A stretch of 64,000 bases of DNA from contig CAVUZH010000016.1 in assembly GCA_963745835.1 (NCBI GenBank), positions 448,001 through 512,000 of the forward strand, read 5' to 3'. This document shows, one piece after another, positions 8,994-20,687 of the stretch. Position numbers and translations under genes: made by a program. The notes beneath the pieces were generated by a model. That model was given only the letters and a program-made list of their open reading frames with translations, was not told where the DNA came from and searched no databases. Within the stretch, counting starts at the first letter, position 1. Every line of letters begins with the position of its first letter. Source of the stretch: an uncultured delta proteobacterium (GTDB taxonomy: Bacteria; Desulfobacterota; Binatia; UBA9968).

Positions 8994-10877
8994 ATGAGCG
9001 CCGCCAGCGAGTCTCGCAACAACAGACTCGATCCCCCAGTAAATGGCCGCCCCGATCACACTCTCGGCGATCCCAACGCCCCCATCACCCTCGTAGAATA
9101 CGGCAGCTATAACTGCCCGTCTTGCCGCGCGGCCGACGAAATCATTGCCGACTTGCGCGATCGCTTCGGCGACCGATTGCGCTACGTCTTCCGCCATCGA
9201 CCGATTAGCGGCGACGCGACAGCGCGGCGCGCCGCTGAGCTGGCGCAATATGCCTATGAGACCACCGGCGAGTACTGGCCGGCGCACGCTGCGCTGATGA
9301 AGCGTGGACCGACTCTTCGGTCCGAAGATTTTGATGAAGTGACAGCCGAGCTCGGCCTTCCGCCCACCGATGGTCCGGGCCGAGAGTCGTGGGGCCGTGC
9401 GCAGGCTAGGGTGCAGGAGGACATCGACAGCGTCTGGCGCAGCGGCGCGCGGGTGTCGCCGACGTTTTTTATCAACAATCGCCGCTATGAAGGGCCCTGG
9501 GACGAGAGCGCGCTGACGGAAGCCCTGCTTGGCTCCCTCGGTCACCGGGTGCAGACGGCGGCGCTGGATTTCGCTCGATGGGCGCCATCCACTGGTTTGC
9601 TGCTGCTAACGATGATCATTGCAGCGCTCCTATTGACCAACTCGCCCGCGGGCCCGGCCTTCGAAGCGCTTTGGGAAATGCCGGTTGGATGGATTGCCGG
9701 CGGCGCGGCATTTCAGCTGCCGCTAAGAGACTGGTTCAATGACGGCTTGCTGACGATTTTTTTTCTGGTTGTCGGGCTGGAAATAAAGCGCGAGCTGACG
9801 GTGGGACGTTTGTCAAAAGCCCGGGTAGCCGCGTTTCCGTTGGCGGCCGCCGCCGGCGGCATGCTGCTTCCCGCATCTCTATACCTGCTGGTGGTGCCGT
9901 CGGGTCCGTTGGCCGCGGGATGGGCCATTCCAACGACCACCGATACAGCCTTCGCAATCGCGCTGATTGCGCTGTTAGGCGCGCGCGTGCCGGTGGAGTT
10001 GCGGATTTTCCTCACCGCCGCGGTTGTCGTTGATGATCTCGTCGCAATCGCGATTCTCGCGTTGTTTTACTCCGCCGGCATTAATCTGCAATATACCGCC
10101 GCCTCTATCGCCACGACAGCAGTGATGATCATGTTCAATCGCGGCGGTATCTACGCGCCGCTGCCTTACGCTTTGCTCGGAATCGTTTTGTGGGGCTGCC
10201 TTCACGGTGCCGGTCTGCACCCTACTCTGGCCGGGGTCATCGTTGCCGCCCTGACTCCGACGCGACCGCCCGGAAACCTCCGGGCGTTGATGGCACAGGC
10301 GGAGACGGTGATCGGCCACGAACTGCGCCGCGCTGAAGAAGGGGTTTTGCGGCATGGCCCTTCCGAACCAACATTGCGCGCGCTGGATGCGATTCACGAT
10401 CGGATCGAATCCCCGGCTTCCAAGCTGCTGCGGTCCGTGGAGCCGTGGTCGAGTTATTTTGTGCTGCCGCTGTTTGCTCTCGCAAACTCGGGCCTAGCCT
10501 GGTCCGCCGTGGTTCTGCAAGGACACGAGAGGCTCGTCTCCGCCATCGTGCTCGGACTGGTGCTGGGCAAGCCCATCGGTATGGCGCTCGGCGCCGCGCT
10601 TGCTGTAAGCCTCGGTATCGCCGTAAAGCCGCAGGAGTATTCGTGGGTTCAGATGATCGGCGCCGGGGCGCTTGCCGGGATCGGCTTTACGATGTCGCTC
10701 TACATTGCCCACAAGGCATTTCCCAATGAATCGGATTTCGCCGCCGCAAAGGTTGGAATTTTTCTTGCCTCCTTGATCGCCGGTGGGCTAGGAACTGCGC
10801 TGCTTTGGTGCGCCGCAAAATCGGAGTCGGGCAAGAACGATCGCCTGGCCTCAACGAGCACCGCGCTCGGAAGCTAG
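8994..10877 (+). CDS. nhaA: Na+/H+ antiporter NhaA with N-terminal DsbA/thioredoxin-like domain
   Basis: N-terminal [12 protein letters not shown]...FRH.P...SPTFFIN. NhaA motifs [35 protein letters not shown] and GIGFTMS. Confidence 0.92.
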   Translation: MSAASESRNNRLDPPVNGRPDHTLGDPNAPITLVEYGSYNCPSCRAADEIIADLRDRFGDRLRYVFRHRPISGDATARRAAELAQYAYETTGEYWPAHAALMKRGPTLRSEDFDEVTAELGLPPTDGPGRESWGRAQARVQEDIDSVWRSGARVSPTFFINNRRYEGPWDESALTEALLGSLGHRVQTAALDFARWAPSTGLLLLTMIIAALLLTNSPAGPAFEALWEMPVGWIAGGAAFQLPLRDWFNDGLLTIFFLVVGLEIKRELTVGRLSKARVAAFPLAAAAGGMLLPASLYLLVVPSGPLAAGWAIPTTTDTAFAIALIALLGARVPVELRIFLTAAVVVDDLVAIAILALFYSAGINLQYTAASIATTAVMIMFNRGGIYAPLPYALLGIVLWGCLHGAGLHPTLAGVIVAALTPTRPPGNLRALMAQAETVIGHELRRAEEGVLRHGPSEPTLRALDAIHDRIESPASKLLRSVEPWSSYFVLPLFALANSGLAWSAVVLQGHERLVSAIVLGLVLGKPIGMALGAALAVSLGIAVKPQEYSWVQMIGAGALAGIGFTMSLYIAHKAFPNESDFAAAKVGIFLASLIAGGLGTALLWCAAKSESGKNDRLASTSTALGS

Positions 10878-10911
10878 CGCCAGCGCGACACTGCGCCCCT
10901 GGCAAGCAGCC

Positions 10912-12368
10912 ATGCTCATGGAGACTATCTTCACCATATTGGCCACGGCGCTGGCTCTCTATGCACTGGTTGTGAGCATCCTCGTGATCACCGAGAACCG
11001 CAGGCCGCAATCGACACTGGCATGGATGCTCGTGCTTTTCTTTACTCCAGGAATCGGGCTGCTCATCTATCTTTTTTTCGGCAGAGACAACAAGGCTTTC
11101 AGCAAGCGCAGCAAGTTGCTGATGCAAGATCTCCAGGGCAACGCGCGGCCGCTGTTATCGCCGATTCTGTCCCGTCAGGACCGCGAGCTGGCGCGGCTTT
11201 CGAAAGAGAGTCTTGCCGGTAAAAAGCTGGCAATGCTCGTGCGACGAAACTCTCTTTCGGCGCTGACAACTCGCAACCGTGTCGAGATCCAGCAGGATGC
11301 AGCCAGGTTTTACTCCAGCCTCATCGAAGACTTGAAGGCTGCGCGGCAGTCGATTCATTTGCAATATTTCATCTGGGGCGTAGACCCGTTCACCGAAAGC
11401 GTAAAGCAGATTTTGATCGAGAAGGCGAGCGCCGGCATCGAGGTACGGCTGCTTTATGATCCGCAAGGCTCCCAGGCACATGTGGGCCGGCGCTATGTCA
11501 AAGATATGCGAGCGCACGGCATTCGAATGGCCCCGACATCGCCGCGCTATCATCTGCATACGCTCAGTTATCGAAATCACCGCAAGATAACTGTCATCGA
11601 CGGGGGGTCGGCTATACCGGCGGCATGAATATGGGCCAGGAACACCTCGATGGCGGAGAAGGATTTGACAGCTGGCGTGACACTCAGGTGCGGCTCGTGG
11701 GAGAAAGCATAGCCATTCTACAGGCCGTGTTCATGGTGGACTGGTACAACGCGGTGGGGGAGAATCTCTTCCAAGCCAAGTACTTTCCCACTGACAGCGC
11801 GGAGCCGGTAGAAAGCAACATCCCGGTGCAAATCCTGACCTCGGGTCCGGATTCGCAGTGGGCGGCGATCAGACAGCTTTATGGCCTCATGGTGATCTCG
11901 GCTCGGCAACACGTCTACCTTCAATCACCCTTCTTCCTTCCCGACGCCACCCTCGCCGAAGCTCTTACGGCGGCGGCCTTATCGGGGATGGACGTCAAGG
12001 TAATGGTGAGCGCAAGGCCGTCGGGTAACAGGCTCCCGGACTGGGCAGGGCACACTTTTATCGAGGAGATCGCCACAGCGGGCGTCCGTGTGTTTCTCTA
12101 CGAGAAGGGCTACTTGCATGCGAAGACAGTCAGCATCGACTCGGAAATCTGTTCGATCGGCTCGGCGAACATCGATATCCGCAGCTTCAGCATCAACTAC
12201 GAGCTCAATGCCGTATTCTACAGCGAGCAAGTTGCTAAACAGCTGGAAACTGACTTCGAGCGTGACCTGACTTATTGCAGGGAATTTGACCCCGAGGAAT
12301 ATCGCGAGCGCGGCACCGTGGCGCGCTTCAGAGATTCGGTTGCGCGGCTCCTCTCGCCATTGCTGTAA
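10912..12368 (+). CDS. cls: Cardiolipin synthase, frameshifted at the G-run 11602-11607
   Basis: PLDc_N membrane anchor (RRPQSTLAW) and two HKD motifs (NHRKITVIDG, LHAKTVSID). Confidence 0.9.
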
Positions 12369-12930
12369 TAATCGTAACCGTGGAATCCAGACCGATCCTT
12401 TGTCCGCGCGGATCAATCTCTCGGCGCAATGAAGCAGCTTTACTCTGACCGATGTTCAACGTCCTCAAAAATGCCCCGCCTGTTTTGTTATTTATGGATT
12501 GCGAAGTAACCGCGCTCCGCTACCGACGAGAGTGTCAGCGGTGCCGATAGTCACGGCGGTTTCCGGGACAAACCAGTGATCGGAGATTGATAGAATAGCG
12601 TTTGGTTTAATCGTCTTCTCGCACGCGATGCGGCGCAACCTTCACTAAAACGATTGTTCGTCAACGGCATTCATGCGGTTGCCGTGACCGAGAAAGATCG
12701 CCGGCATTGGGCTCGGTCATACGATCCTGAGGGATTCGATTTAAATGGTCCCGTTTTACGGCAGATCGACGAAGAGAATTCCGCTTTCTTCGAAGATTCG
12801 ATTCTGCAGCCCTTTTATTGCCGATCGCAGCGCTCCTGTCTTCACTAGCGAGCGAAGTTGCTCGTTGCCCTTCTTCGAAATGCGCATGCAGAGCACGAAC
12901 CCCGGAACACTCGCCTGGTTTTCCTGCGCT

Positions 12931-14151
12931 TCACTGCCGGCGGAACTCCTGCCCTGAAGCGTTGTTCACCGGCCTGATTCTCAAAATCCGGCCGTTGCGC
13001 GCATCGGTGAGAAGATAGAGCGAGCCGTCTGATGCCTGGCGCACATCGCGAATGCGCTCTCCTAAATCACCCAGGTAACGTTCTTCTTGCTCGACTTTGC
13101 CGTCTTTTAATATCAGCCGCACCAATCCGCCGGGAGTGAGCGAGCCCACCAGGATGTTACCCTTCCAGGCGGCGAACAGCTCACCCGTGTAAAAGACCAT
13201 CCCCGAGGGCGCGATCACCGGGTCCCAATAGTAGACCGGTTGCTCCATGCCTCCCTTCACTGTACCTTCGCCGATCGGAAGAAAAGAGTAATGACGGCCA
13301 TACGAGATCACCGGCCAACCGTAATTCTTGCCGGCCTCGGGATGATTCAACTCGTCGCCGCCGCGCGCGCCGTGCTCCACGGTCCAGAGCTGTCCGCTCT
13401 CGAGATGGAGCGCGGCGGCTTGCACGTTGCGGTGACCGTACGACCAGATTTCCGGGCGCGCGCCGGCGCGTCCAACAAACGGATTATCCTTCGGCGCCGA
13501 GCCATCCGGGTTGATGCGGACGATCTTGCCTATGGTCGTGGATAAATCCTGCGCGCTGTCGGAATAGTTGAAGCGCTCGCCCAAAGTTACGAACAGAGTG
13601 CCGTCGCGGCGAAACACGATTCGCGACCCGAAGTGATTGGAGCCGCTCACCTTGGGCTGCTGTCGCCAAATCACCTGCGTGTTCTCAAGCCCACGTTCTC
13701 CAAGTCGCCCCCGGGCAACAGCCGTGCCTGCGCCGCCTTCGCCGGACTCGGCGAAAGATAGATAGACGAGCCGATCCTTATCGAATCCCGGACTCAGCGC
13801 CACGTCCAGCAGCCCGCCTTGACCGCTCACATAAACCCGCGGGACTCCTGTGATCGGCTCGGAGACGCGCCCGTCCGAACTCACAACGCGCAAGCGACCT
13901 GGACGTTCGGTAACCAGCATCCGCCCATCCGGGAGGAAAGCGAGACTCCAGGGGTGCTCGAGCCCTTTGGCAATCGTCTGGAAGTCAACAACTCCCTTGA
14001 CCGACTCCGGCGTCGGCGAGCGCGGCGCCTGGGCTTGAACGAGCTGCGGCGCGACGCTCGCCAAGCAGATGATGAACATGGCGCCGACCAACTTTGCCAT
14101 CCGGCCTAACTGAACGGCAGATGGTGGGACTTGTAATTCTTTGTCCGACAT
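12931..14151 (-). CDS. PQQ-dependent sugar dehydrogenase (YliI/Gdh-B family), exported
   Basis: Signal peptide; GLEHPWSLAFLPDG, GQGGLLDV, HFGSR, YGHRNVQ, EHGARGGDELN and RIRDV. Confidence 0.92.
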   Translation of the reverse strand: MSDKELQVPPSAVQLGRMAKLVGAMFIICLASVAPQLVQAQAPRSPTPESVKGVVDFQTIAKGLEHPWSLAFLPDGRMLVTERPGRLRVVSSDGRVSEPITGVPRVYVSGQGGLLDVALSPGFDKDRLVYLSFAESGEGGAGTAVARGRLGERGLENTQVIWRQQPKVSGSNHFGSRIVFRRDGTLFVTLGERFNYSDSAQDLSTTIGKIVRINPDGSAPKDNPFVGRAGARPEIWSYGHRNVQAAALHLESGQLWTVEHGARGGDELNHPEAGKNYGWPVISYGRHYSFLPIGEGTVKGGMEQPVYYWDPVIAPSGMVFYTGELFAAWKGNILVGSLTPGGLVRLILKDGKVEQEERYLGDLGERIRDVRQASDGSLYLLTDARNGRILRIRPVNNASGQEFRRQ

Positions 14152-14405
14152 TTCTTCCCTCTTCGATGACGAACCGTCCGATAGACTGTAGTTTCGTTTT
14201 CGTGTAACTGGCGAGTAGCCAATCCCTAAAGCTCGCGTTGACGTCCGGAAAAAATCCTAACTGCTGTAGCGAAGTACTGTTGTATCAAACCTCAGGAACC
14301 GAATGTCAGAGCGCCGCAGGTTGTACCGAATTGTGTCTTCGGGAATTCAGAAACTGCTGGCTACAAAATCGACGGCGAGGAAGGGTGAGGCGCTACTCCT
14401 GCGTA

Positions 14406-14852
14406 CTAGGCGGCCGCTCTTTCCAGCCGCTGAACAATCGCCGCTTTGGGCTGCACGCCAACAATACGGTCCACTTCGCGCCCTCCCCTGAGCACCAGCA
14501 GAGTAGGAATGCTCTGGACGTGGAAGCGCGCCGCGGTCGCCGGATTTTCGTCGACGTTGAGTTTCGCCACCCGCACGCGACTCGCCAGTTCCACGGCCAG
14601 CTCTTCAATCACCGGCGCTACCATCCGGCAGGGTGCGCACCATGGCGCCCACATATCGAGCAGCACCGGCACAGCGGAGCGCTCGACTTCGGCCGCAAAC
14701 GTAACGTCCGTGATCGTCACCGGTTTGGTGTCCGCGGCCAAAGGTGTTTTGCACCGGCCGCATACGGGTCTAAGCCGCTGAGCGATTTTTTCCAGCGGCA
14801 CTCGGTTAGTCGCACCGCAGGAGGGACAACGAATCAATTGCGGATCAGACAT
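14406..14852 (-). CDS. trxC: Thioredoxin 2 with N-terminal zinc finger
   Basis: CPSC...CGRC zinc finger; WAPWCAPC active site. Confidence 0.9.
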   Translation of the reverse strand: MSDPQLIRCPSCGATNRVPLEKIAQRLRPVCGRCKTPLAADTKPVTITDVTFAAEVERSAVPVLLDMWAPWCAPCRMVAPVIEELAVELASRVRVAKLNVDENPATAARFHVQSIPTLLVLRGGREVDRIVGVQPKAAIVQRLERAAA

Positions 14853-15612
14853 AGGTTTGACCTTTCATAACTTGAGTTCTGCTTGCTGCGTGCTCCTCCG
14901 AGGCCGTGCGCCGGATGCGTTCATCGGCAAATATTAACAAAGGCCAAAACTGTCATACACGGCGCTTCATCTGATTGATTTTAGTTTTCAATCGCGCCTG
15001 CGGCTTGAATCACTTCATCTATGTCGAAAGTTCGCCCGGTCTTTGACGGCAATCACAGCTTCGCTACCTACCTTACGATCACGCGAGTCGCCCGGTCCAC
15101 CCCACAAGATTTCGGAGCAGCGGGTGCATATGATCTTTCGTTGCCTCATCCGTGAGGTTCCCCGGCGCATCAAAAAACGCGCGGCAGCGTTGTCACGATC
15201 AGAATCGCATTGGCATTTCGAACACGCTGCTTTAACTCCACTCTGTCCTCATACTTGAGCCTACAACTATGACCGGACCGATCAAGGTGAGTCGCTTGTC
15301 TCAATGCGGCGCAATGAGCGGATCTTAGACGAACGCGATGCCAGTGAGCATTACGGGCGCAGCTCCGTGCGCACAGCAGCCAGGCGGGAGCTAGGGATTA
15401 CTCGCAAACCTGGACCAGCAAAGAAAGAAGCATAATGAGCACGCCACTATCAGAGACATCCGCAAAACTCGTGCGCTGCTGAACCGTCGCGGGCATCATT
15501 CGAGCAAAAGCATAATTATTCTTGTTGTCATGGGATGTGAATGATAGTCGTCAATCATCATTGCATGGATTTTTGCCTGTCGTTAGGCAAACAGTATTGG
15601 TAGGAGGTTTCC

Positions 15613-17697
15613 ATGAGTTCGACGGGGCAGCAGACAAGGCGCGGCGACTCCGGTCCGGCCAGCCGGCTTCAGTCGCCCAACAATAAGCCTGGAGACGCGA
15701 AGAGTGCCGAGAAGTGGAAGATGCCGCCCGGCAGAACCTGGCTCTGGTTCGTAGGCATTTTACTCGCGAACTATTTAGTAATGAGACTTCTGGTTCCGAG
15801 CCCGGAAGCGCCGGTCACGATTCCCTATACTCTGTTCAAAGAGGAGATCGGTAAGGGCAATGTCGAGTCGATCTACAGCCAGGGTGAGTCGATCACCGGC
15901 CGCTTCAAGACTGCGGTCACCTATCCGCCTAAGGAGGAAAAAAGCGAGGCCGCCAGCAATGAAACCAAACAGCCGAGAGAGCGCAGCGTGATTCCCCGCC
16001 CCGCACCGAAAACGGCAACGAACTTCACGACTACACTGCCGGCCTTTGTCGACCCGGGGCTGGAGTCATTCCTGATCGACAACGGGGTCGAGATCAGCGC
16101 TAAACCGATCGATGAAGGCGGCGGCCCGTTATCCACGCTTCTCTTTGGATTTGGCCCGGCCCTGCTCTTTATCGGCTTTTATGTCTGGATGTTCCGGCGC
16201 GCGGCGCAGCAGGGCGGCGGCATGGGCGGGCTGATGGGGATCGGCAGGAGCAAGGCGCGCCGCTATGACCAGGAGAAGGATACCAAGGTTACCTTCAACG
16301 ACGTCGCCGGCATCGACGAAGCCGAAAATGAACTGGTCGAGATCGTCGATTTTCTGAAGGATCCAAAGAAGTACACCCGCCTTGGCGGAACCGCTCCGAA
16401 AGGCGTGTTGCTGATCGGCGCGCCGGGAACGGGAAAGACCCTGCTCGCAAGGGCCGTCGCCGGAGAGGCCGGCGTGCCGTTCTTCTCGATGAGCGCCGCG
16501 GAGTTTGTCGAGATGATCGTCGGAGTGGGCGCCGCGCGAGTGCGCGATTTATTCAAACAGGCGCGCGAGCAGGCCCCTGCCATTGTCTTCATCGACGAAC
16601 TGGACGCCATCGGGCGCGCGCGGGGACAGGTAGCGATCGGCGGATCGAGCGAGCAGGAACAGACCCTCAATCAAATTCTCACTGAAATGGACGGCTTCTC
16701 GAGCCGCGAGGGAATCATCGTGCTGGCCGCAACCAACCAGCCCGACGTGCTCGATAAAGCGCTCCTGCGGCCCGGACGCTTCGACCGGCGCGTCGTGGTC
16801 AATCTCCCTGATAAGAACGGCCGCGAGGCGATCCTCAAAGTCCACACCCGCACCGTACCGCTCGCAAAGGATGCAAGCTTGGAAGAGATTGCCGCTGCGA
16901 CACCGGGGTTCTCCGGCGCGGATCTGAAAAATCTAGTCAATGAGGCGGCGCTGCTGGCGGCACGGCGGGAGCAGAACGATGTCTGTCAGAAAGACTTCCT
17001 CGATGCTCTGGAGAAAATCGTGCTCGGTCCCGAGCGCCCGCTGCTGCTCAGCCGTGCCGACAAAGAACGCATCGCTTACCACGAAGGCGGACACGCCATC
17101 CTCGGTCTGGTGGTGCCTGGCGCCGATCCGGTAAACCGGGTCACGATCGTGCCGCGCGGGCAGGCCCTCGGCGTGACCTATCAGCGGCCGGACAGCGACC
17201 GCTACAATTACCCCGAAGCTTATCTTCGCGCCCGCATCGTCGGCATGCTCGGCGGTCGTGCCGCCGAGGAGATTGTGTACGGCACCAAGACCACTGGCGC
17301 CGAAAGCGACATCGAGCAGGCTACGGGTCTTGCCCGGCGCATGGTGACCCGCTGGGGAATGAGTGACCGCCTTGGATTGGTGCAGCTTGCGCCACGAGAA
17401 AACCCCTATTTGAACGGCTCGGGCGGTTACGCAGGTTCGCGGCCCTTCAGCGAAGAAACCGCTGAAGCCATCGATGCCGAGGTGCGCAAGATTATCGGTG
17501 ACAGCCACGATCAGGCCAAGCGCCTGTTGATGGGACACCGCAAACAACTCGACGCGCTCGTCGAAGCCTTGTTGGCGCGTGAGACTCTCAACGAGCAGGA
17601 AATTCTCGAGATAACCGGGCTTCCGCCGGCGCCGCCGCTGGAGACCCGAATGTTGCCCGCTGATGGAGATGGAAGCGCTCGTCACTCAATCTCATGA
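15613..17697 (+). CDS. ftsH: ATP-dependent zinc metalloprotease FtsH (probable accessory paralog)
   Basis: Two TMs, Walker [28 protein letters not shown] and HEGGH zinc motif; RBS AGGAGG. Confidence 0.96.
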   Translation: MSSTGQQTRRGDSGPASRLQSPNNKPGDAKSAEKWKMPPGRTWLWFVGILLANYLVMRLLVPSPEAPVTIPYTLFKEEIGKGNVESIYSQGESITGRFKTAVTYPPKEEKSEAASNETKQPRERSVIPRPAPKTATNFTTTLPAFVDPGLESFLIDNGVEISAKPIDEGGGPLSTLLFGFGPALLFIGFYVWMFRRAAQQGGGMGGLMGIGRSKARRYDQEKDTKVTFNDVAGIDEAENELVEIVDFLKDPKKYTRLGGTAPKGVLLIGAPGTGKTLLARAVAGEAGVPFFSMSAAEFVEMIVGVGAARVRDLFKQAREQAPAIVFIDELDAIGRARGQVAIGGSSEQEQTLNQILTEMDGFSSREGIIVLAATNQPDVLDKALLRPGRFDRRVVVNLPDKNGREAILKVHTRTVPLAKDASLEEIAAATPGFSGADLKNLVNEAALLAARREQNDVCQKDFLDALEKIVLGPERPLLLSRADKERIAYHEGGHAILGLVVPGADPVNRVTIVPRGQALGVTYQRPDSDRYNYPEAYLRARIVGMLGGRAAEEIVYGTKTTGAESDIEQATGLARRMVTRWGMSDRLGLVQLAPRENPYLNGSGGYAGSRPFSEETAEAIDAEVRKIIGDSHDQAKRLLMGHRKQLDALVEALLARETLNEQEILEITGLPPAPPLETRMLPADGDGSARHSIS

Positions 17698-17759
17698 TCT
17701 CAGCGCGCCGTCGAGATTCCTGTAAAGGAGAGGTCGTAGGGGGCGCTGGCGCTCGGGTG

Positions 17760-17905
17760 GAGAATTAGAAGCACTAATTCCGCAGCTCGAAACAAATGCA
17801 AATAATAAAAATACGAAGATTTCAAACACGCCATCAGCTTTTTTAATTTGATATTTGAATTTTGAAATTGTTTCGGACTTCGATATCCAGATTTCGGATT
17901 TCATT
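17760..17905. repeat. AT-rich imperfect inverted repeat built from about 7-nt units
   Basis: Left arm ...CTCGAAACAAATGCAAAT...TTTCAAAC; right arm TTTGAATTTTGAAATTGTTTCGGACTTCGATATCCAGATTTCGGATTTC. Lies between convergent genes. Confidence 0.6.
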
Positions 17906-18071
17906 TCACGCCAGAGAATAGCGCATGCCTAGTACAACTCCGGTCGTCACGCTCTCGCCCGGGATTTCGATCTCCGGTCATGTTGCGTGGCGCTCGGCGC
18001 GATTCCTTCTCGGCGAAATCGTGGGCGAGCTTTTGAACGTCGGCGAGTTCTTCCGGCAACTCAAAGTCCAT
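17906..18071 (-). pseudogene. Truncated N-terminus of a second acyl-CoA dehydrogenase fused to an unrelated C-terminal stub
   Basis: MDFELPEELADVQKLAHDFAEKE(I)APSATQHDR, then abruptly EIEIPGESVTTGVVLGMRYSLA*. Confidence 0.65.
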
Positions 18072-19221
18072 GAGAACGCTCCTTATGGATCAGGTTTTTG
18101 GCGATCACTAATTTTTGTATCTCGGAAGATCCTTCGTAAATGCGCAGAGCGCGCACGTCGCGGTAAAGCCGTTCCATGATATGACCGGCCACCACGCCGT
18201 TACCCCCGTGGATCTGCAATGCCTGATCGACGATTCTCTGGGCAGCTTCGGTGGCAAAGAGCTTGGCGATGGATGACTTGAGCGACAGCTCCGGGTCGTG
18301 CATGTCATGGGCCCAGGCGGCTTGGTAGACGAGCAGACGCGCCGCCTCTAAATCTGCCGCCATCTCGGCGATTTTAAATTGAATCCCTTGAAACTCGCTG
18401 ATGGGTCGCCCGAATTGCCGCCGCCGCTGGCTATAGGAGATCGCTTCAGCCAACGCTCTGCGGGCAAAGCCCACGCCAGCGGCGCCGACGGTCGAGCGCA
18501 ATGTATCCAGAGTGCGGTAAGCGATATTGAGCCCATCGCCTTCGCTGCCGAGCCGTTGCTGTTGCGGCACAAAACAACCGTCAAAGGCCAGGACGCCGAT
18601 CGGATGAGGTGAAAGCAATCGGGTTTTTTCCTTGACCGTGACGCCCGGAGTATCAGCCGGCACGATAAACGCGCTGATGCCTTTGGCTTTGGCGCCGGGT
18701 GTGGTTGACGCGAAAACTACGTAAATCTGAGCGATCCCCGCGTTCGAGATAAATCGCTTGACTCCGTGCAAGCGGTAACCGCTGCTGACTCTTTGGGCCT
18801 CGGTGCTAATCGCCGCAGCATCCGATCCCGCTTCGGGTTCGCTCAAGGCGAAGGCAGCAAGGCTCTCCGCGCTCGCTAGAGCCGGCAAGTATTTTTTCTT
18901 TTGTTCTTCCGTGCCGGCGATGACAATAGGGTAGCTGCCGAGAGCCTGAACACCGAACATGACATCGGCTAGAGCTGCATGGGACGCCAATTCCTCACGG
19001 ATGACACACAGATCGCGCGCCTGAACGGTTTTACGCAAACCCCCGTAGGGACGGGGAATCGCGTACGCCATCAAGCCCTCTCGGCCGAGTCGTTGGGCCA
19101 GTTCGCAAGCGTCGCGTTCAAGCGTTTCTGAACTGGGCTCGACATCAAGCGGATTCTTGCGCGTCCAGGAATGGACTTTTTGGCGCAGACTCCGGGATTG
19201 GTCATCGTCTAGAAATTCCAT
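18061..19221 (-). CDS. Acyl-CoA dehydrogenase
   Basis: AFALSEPEAGSD, GVKRFISNAG, RRQFGRPI..FQ, QIHGGNG and RIYEGSSEIQ. Confidence 0.95.
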   Translation of the reverse strand: MEFLDDDQSRSLRQKVHSWTRKNPLDVEPSSETLERDACELAQRLGREGLMAYAIPRPYGGLRKTVQARDLCVIREELASHAALADVMFGVQALGSYPIVIAGTEEQKKKYLPALASAESLAAFALSEPEAGSDAAAISTEAQRVSSGYRLHGVKRFISNAGIAQIYVVFASTTPGAKAKGISAFIVPADTPGVTVKEKTRLLSPHPIGVLAFDGCFVPQQQRLGSEGDGLNIAYRTLDTLRSTVGAAGVGFARRALAEAISYSQRRRQFGRPISEFQGIQFKIAEMAADLEAARLLVYQAAWAHDMHDPELSLKSSIAKLFATEAAQRIVDQALQIHGGNGVVAGHIMERLYRDVRALRIYEGSSEIQKLVIAKNLIHKERSHGL

Positions 19222-19230
19222 AATAGCTGT

Positions 19231-19667
19231 TTAACCGGGAAGCTCCTTTTGATAGGGCAGCATTTTGTCGTGAACGAAACCCAGTCTGCTGAAAAAATGT
19301 TGCATCTCGTCCTGGCTGTTGCTGACCAGAGTAAAAATCGTCTTGATACCGTGATCTTCAGCCGATTCGGGGAATTGTCCGACGAGTTCCTGGGCGATCC
19401 CTTGGCCGCGATCCGCCGGGTCAACCCCCGATTATTTCAATCCAACGCTATGGCGCCGGGTAATCCGAACTCAAATTCACCGGCCCGCACCCAACACAAG
19501 CCGACGACGCGATTGTCGAAGGCCCAGTGGGGCCGCATGGTCTCGGAGATTTCAATTCTCTTGTCCCGATACGCGGGACGCGCTATTCCGGTCTGGCGCT
19601 CCTCCAAGCTAACGATCGCAGGTAGATCGCGCTTCTCCAGATTTCTGACGTAAATCTCTTTTTTCAT
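19231..19667 (-). pseudogene. GNAT acetyltransferase (BadL-like), frameshifted or degraded
   Basis: Joined reading gives ...GEFEFGLPGAIAWIEIIGVDPADRGQGIA...IFTLV...FFSRLGF (acetyl-CoA motif A). Confidence 0.7.
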
Positions 19668-19861
19668 ATCGTCCGCTAACCCCTGTTTACGTCGGTGAAA
19701 CTTTTAACTTGGCGCACCGAAGATACTATCTCACCACGAACCATACGAAATTCGGCAGGGTTTCGGACATGAATTTCTCATCCTTGTCCCTTGATGGCCT
19801 CGGCTACCTTAGAGGTAAGGTTTGCTTTCCATTCTTCTTCCAAGCTCGGCCCAGCGCTGGG

Positions 19862-20656
19862 TCAGCTGCGGTTAAATCGTAGCGGACGTTTTTCAGTGAA
19901 CGCATTATAGCCCTCGGCGAAATCCGGTGTTTCCATACACCGCGCCTGCGCCATGGCTTCCATTTCCAGTGCGGTTTCTAAATCCATGTTTGCTTCGTAT
20001 TCGAGCAGTTCCTTGGTGACACCGAGCGCATAGAGCGGCCCATCCTTCAACCGGTTAGCCCATCTGTAGGCTTCGTCCATTAAAGTGTCACCCGGCACGA
20101 CCCGGTTGGCCAAGCCGATGCACTGCGCTTCGTGGGCATCGATGGTGTCGCCGAAGTAGACCAGCTCGGTGGCTTTTCCCAAGCCGACGATTCTCGGCAG
20201 CAAATAGAGCGCGCCCATATCGGCGCCCGATAAACCGACTTTTACGAATAGAAACGCCGCCCGCGCTTTGTCTGAGAAGATGCGCAGATCCGACGCCAGC
20301 ATGAGCATTGCGCCAGCGCCGGCAGCAATGCCGTTGACTGCGGCGATGATCGGCTTTTTCAAGCTGCGCATGTTTTTGACCACATTGCAGGTCATCCGGG
20401 TGAATTTATAAAGCTCGTCGCCTCTCATTTTGAGCAGCGGCCCGATGATATCGTCGACTCGACCGCCGGAACAAAAACCTTTGCCGGTTCCCGTGAGCAC
20501 AACGACCTTCACAGTAGGGTCATGGGCCAATTCCGCCGTGATTTTCTCCAGGTCGGCATAAGTTTGAAAAGTTAGCGCATTGAGCCTTTCCGGATCATTG
20601 AGCCGGATCGTCGCGACACCGTCGTTGTTCTCGAAAATAAAACTGGAATAACTCAT
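19862..20656 (-). CDS. Enoyl-CoA hydratase/isomerase (crotonase) family protein
   Basis: GVATIRLNDPERLNAL, FCSGG, AAVNGIAAGAG and GLSGADMGA. Confidence 0.92.
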   Translation of the reverse strand: MSYSSFIFENNDGVATIRLNDPERLNALTFQTYADLEKITAELAHDPTVKVVVLTGTGKGFCSGGRVDDIIGPLLKMRGDELYKFTRMTCNVVKNMRSLKKPIIAAVNGIAAGAGAMLMLASDLRIFSDKARAAFLFVKVGLSGADMGALYLLPRIVGLGKATELVYFGDTIDAHEAQCIGLANRVVPGDTLMDEAYRWANRLKDGPLYALGVTKELLEYEANMDLETALEMEAMAQARCMETPDFAEGYNAFTEKRPLRFNRS

Positions 20657-20687
20657 CCAAGGATCTCCTTGCCGTTGTCGTTTCTGT

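Noticed and set aside
11602-11607. Poly-G tract in cls as a phase-variation switch
   Set aside because: Only six G, and the window has many other indels, so homopolymer error is more parsimonious
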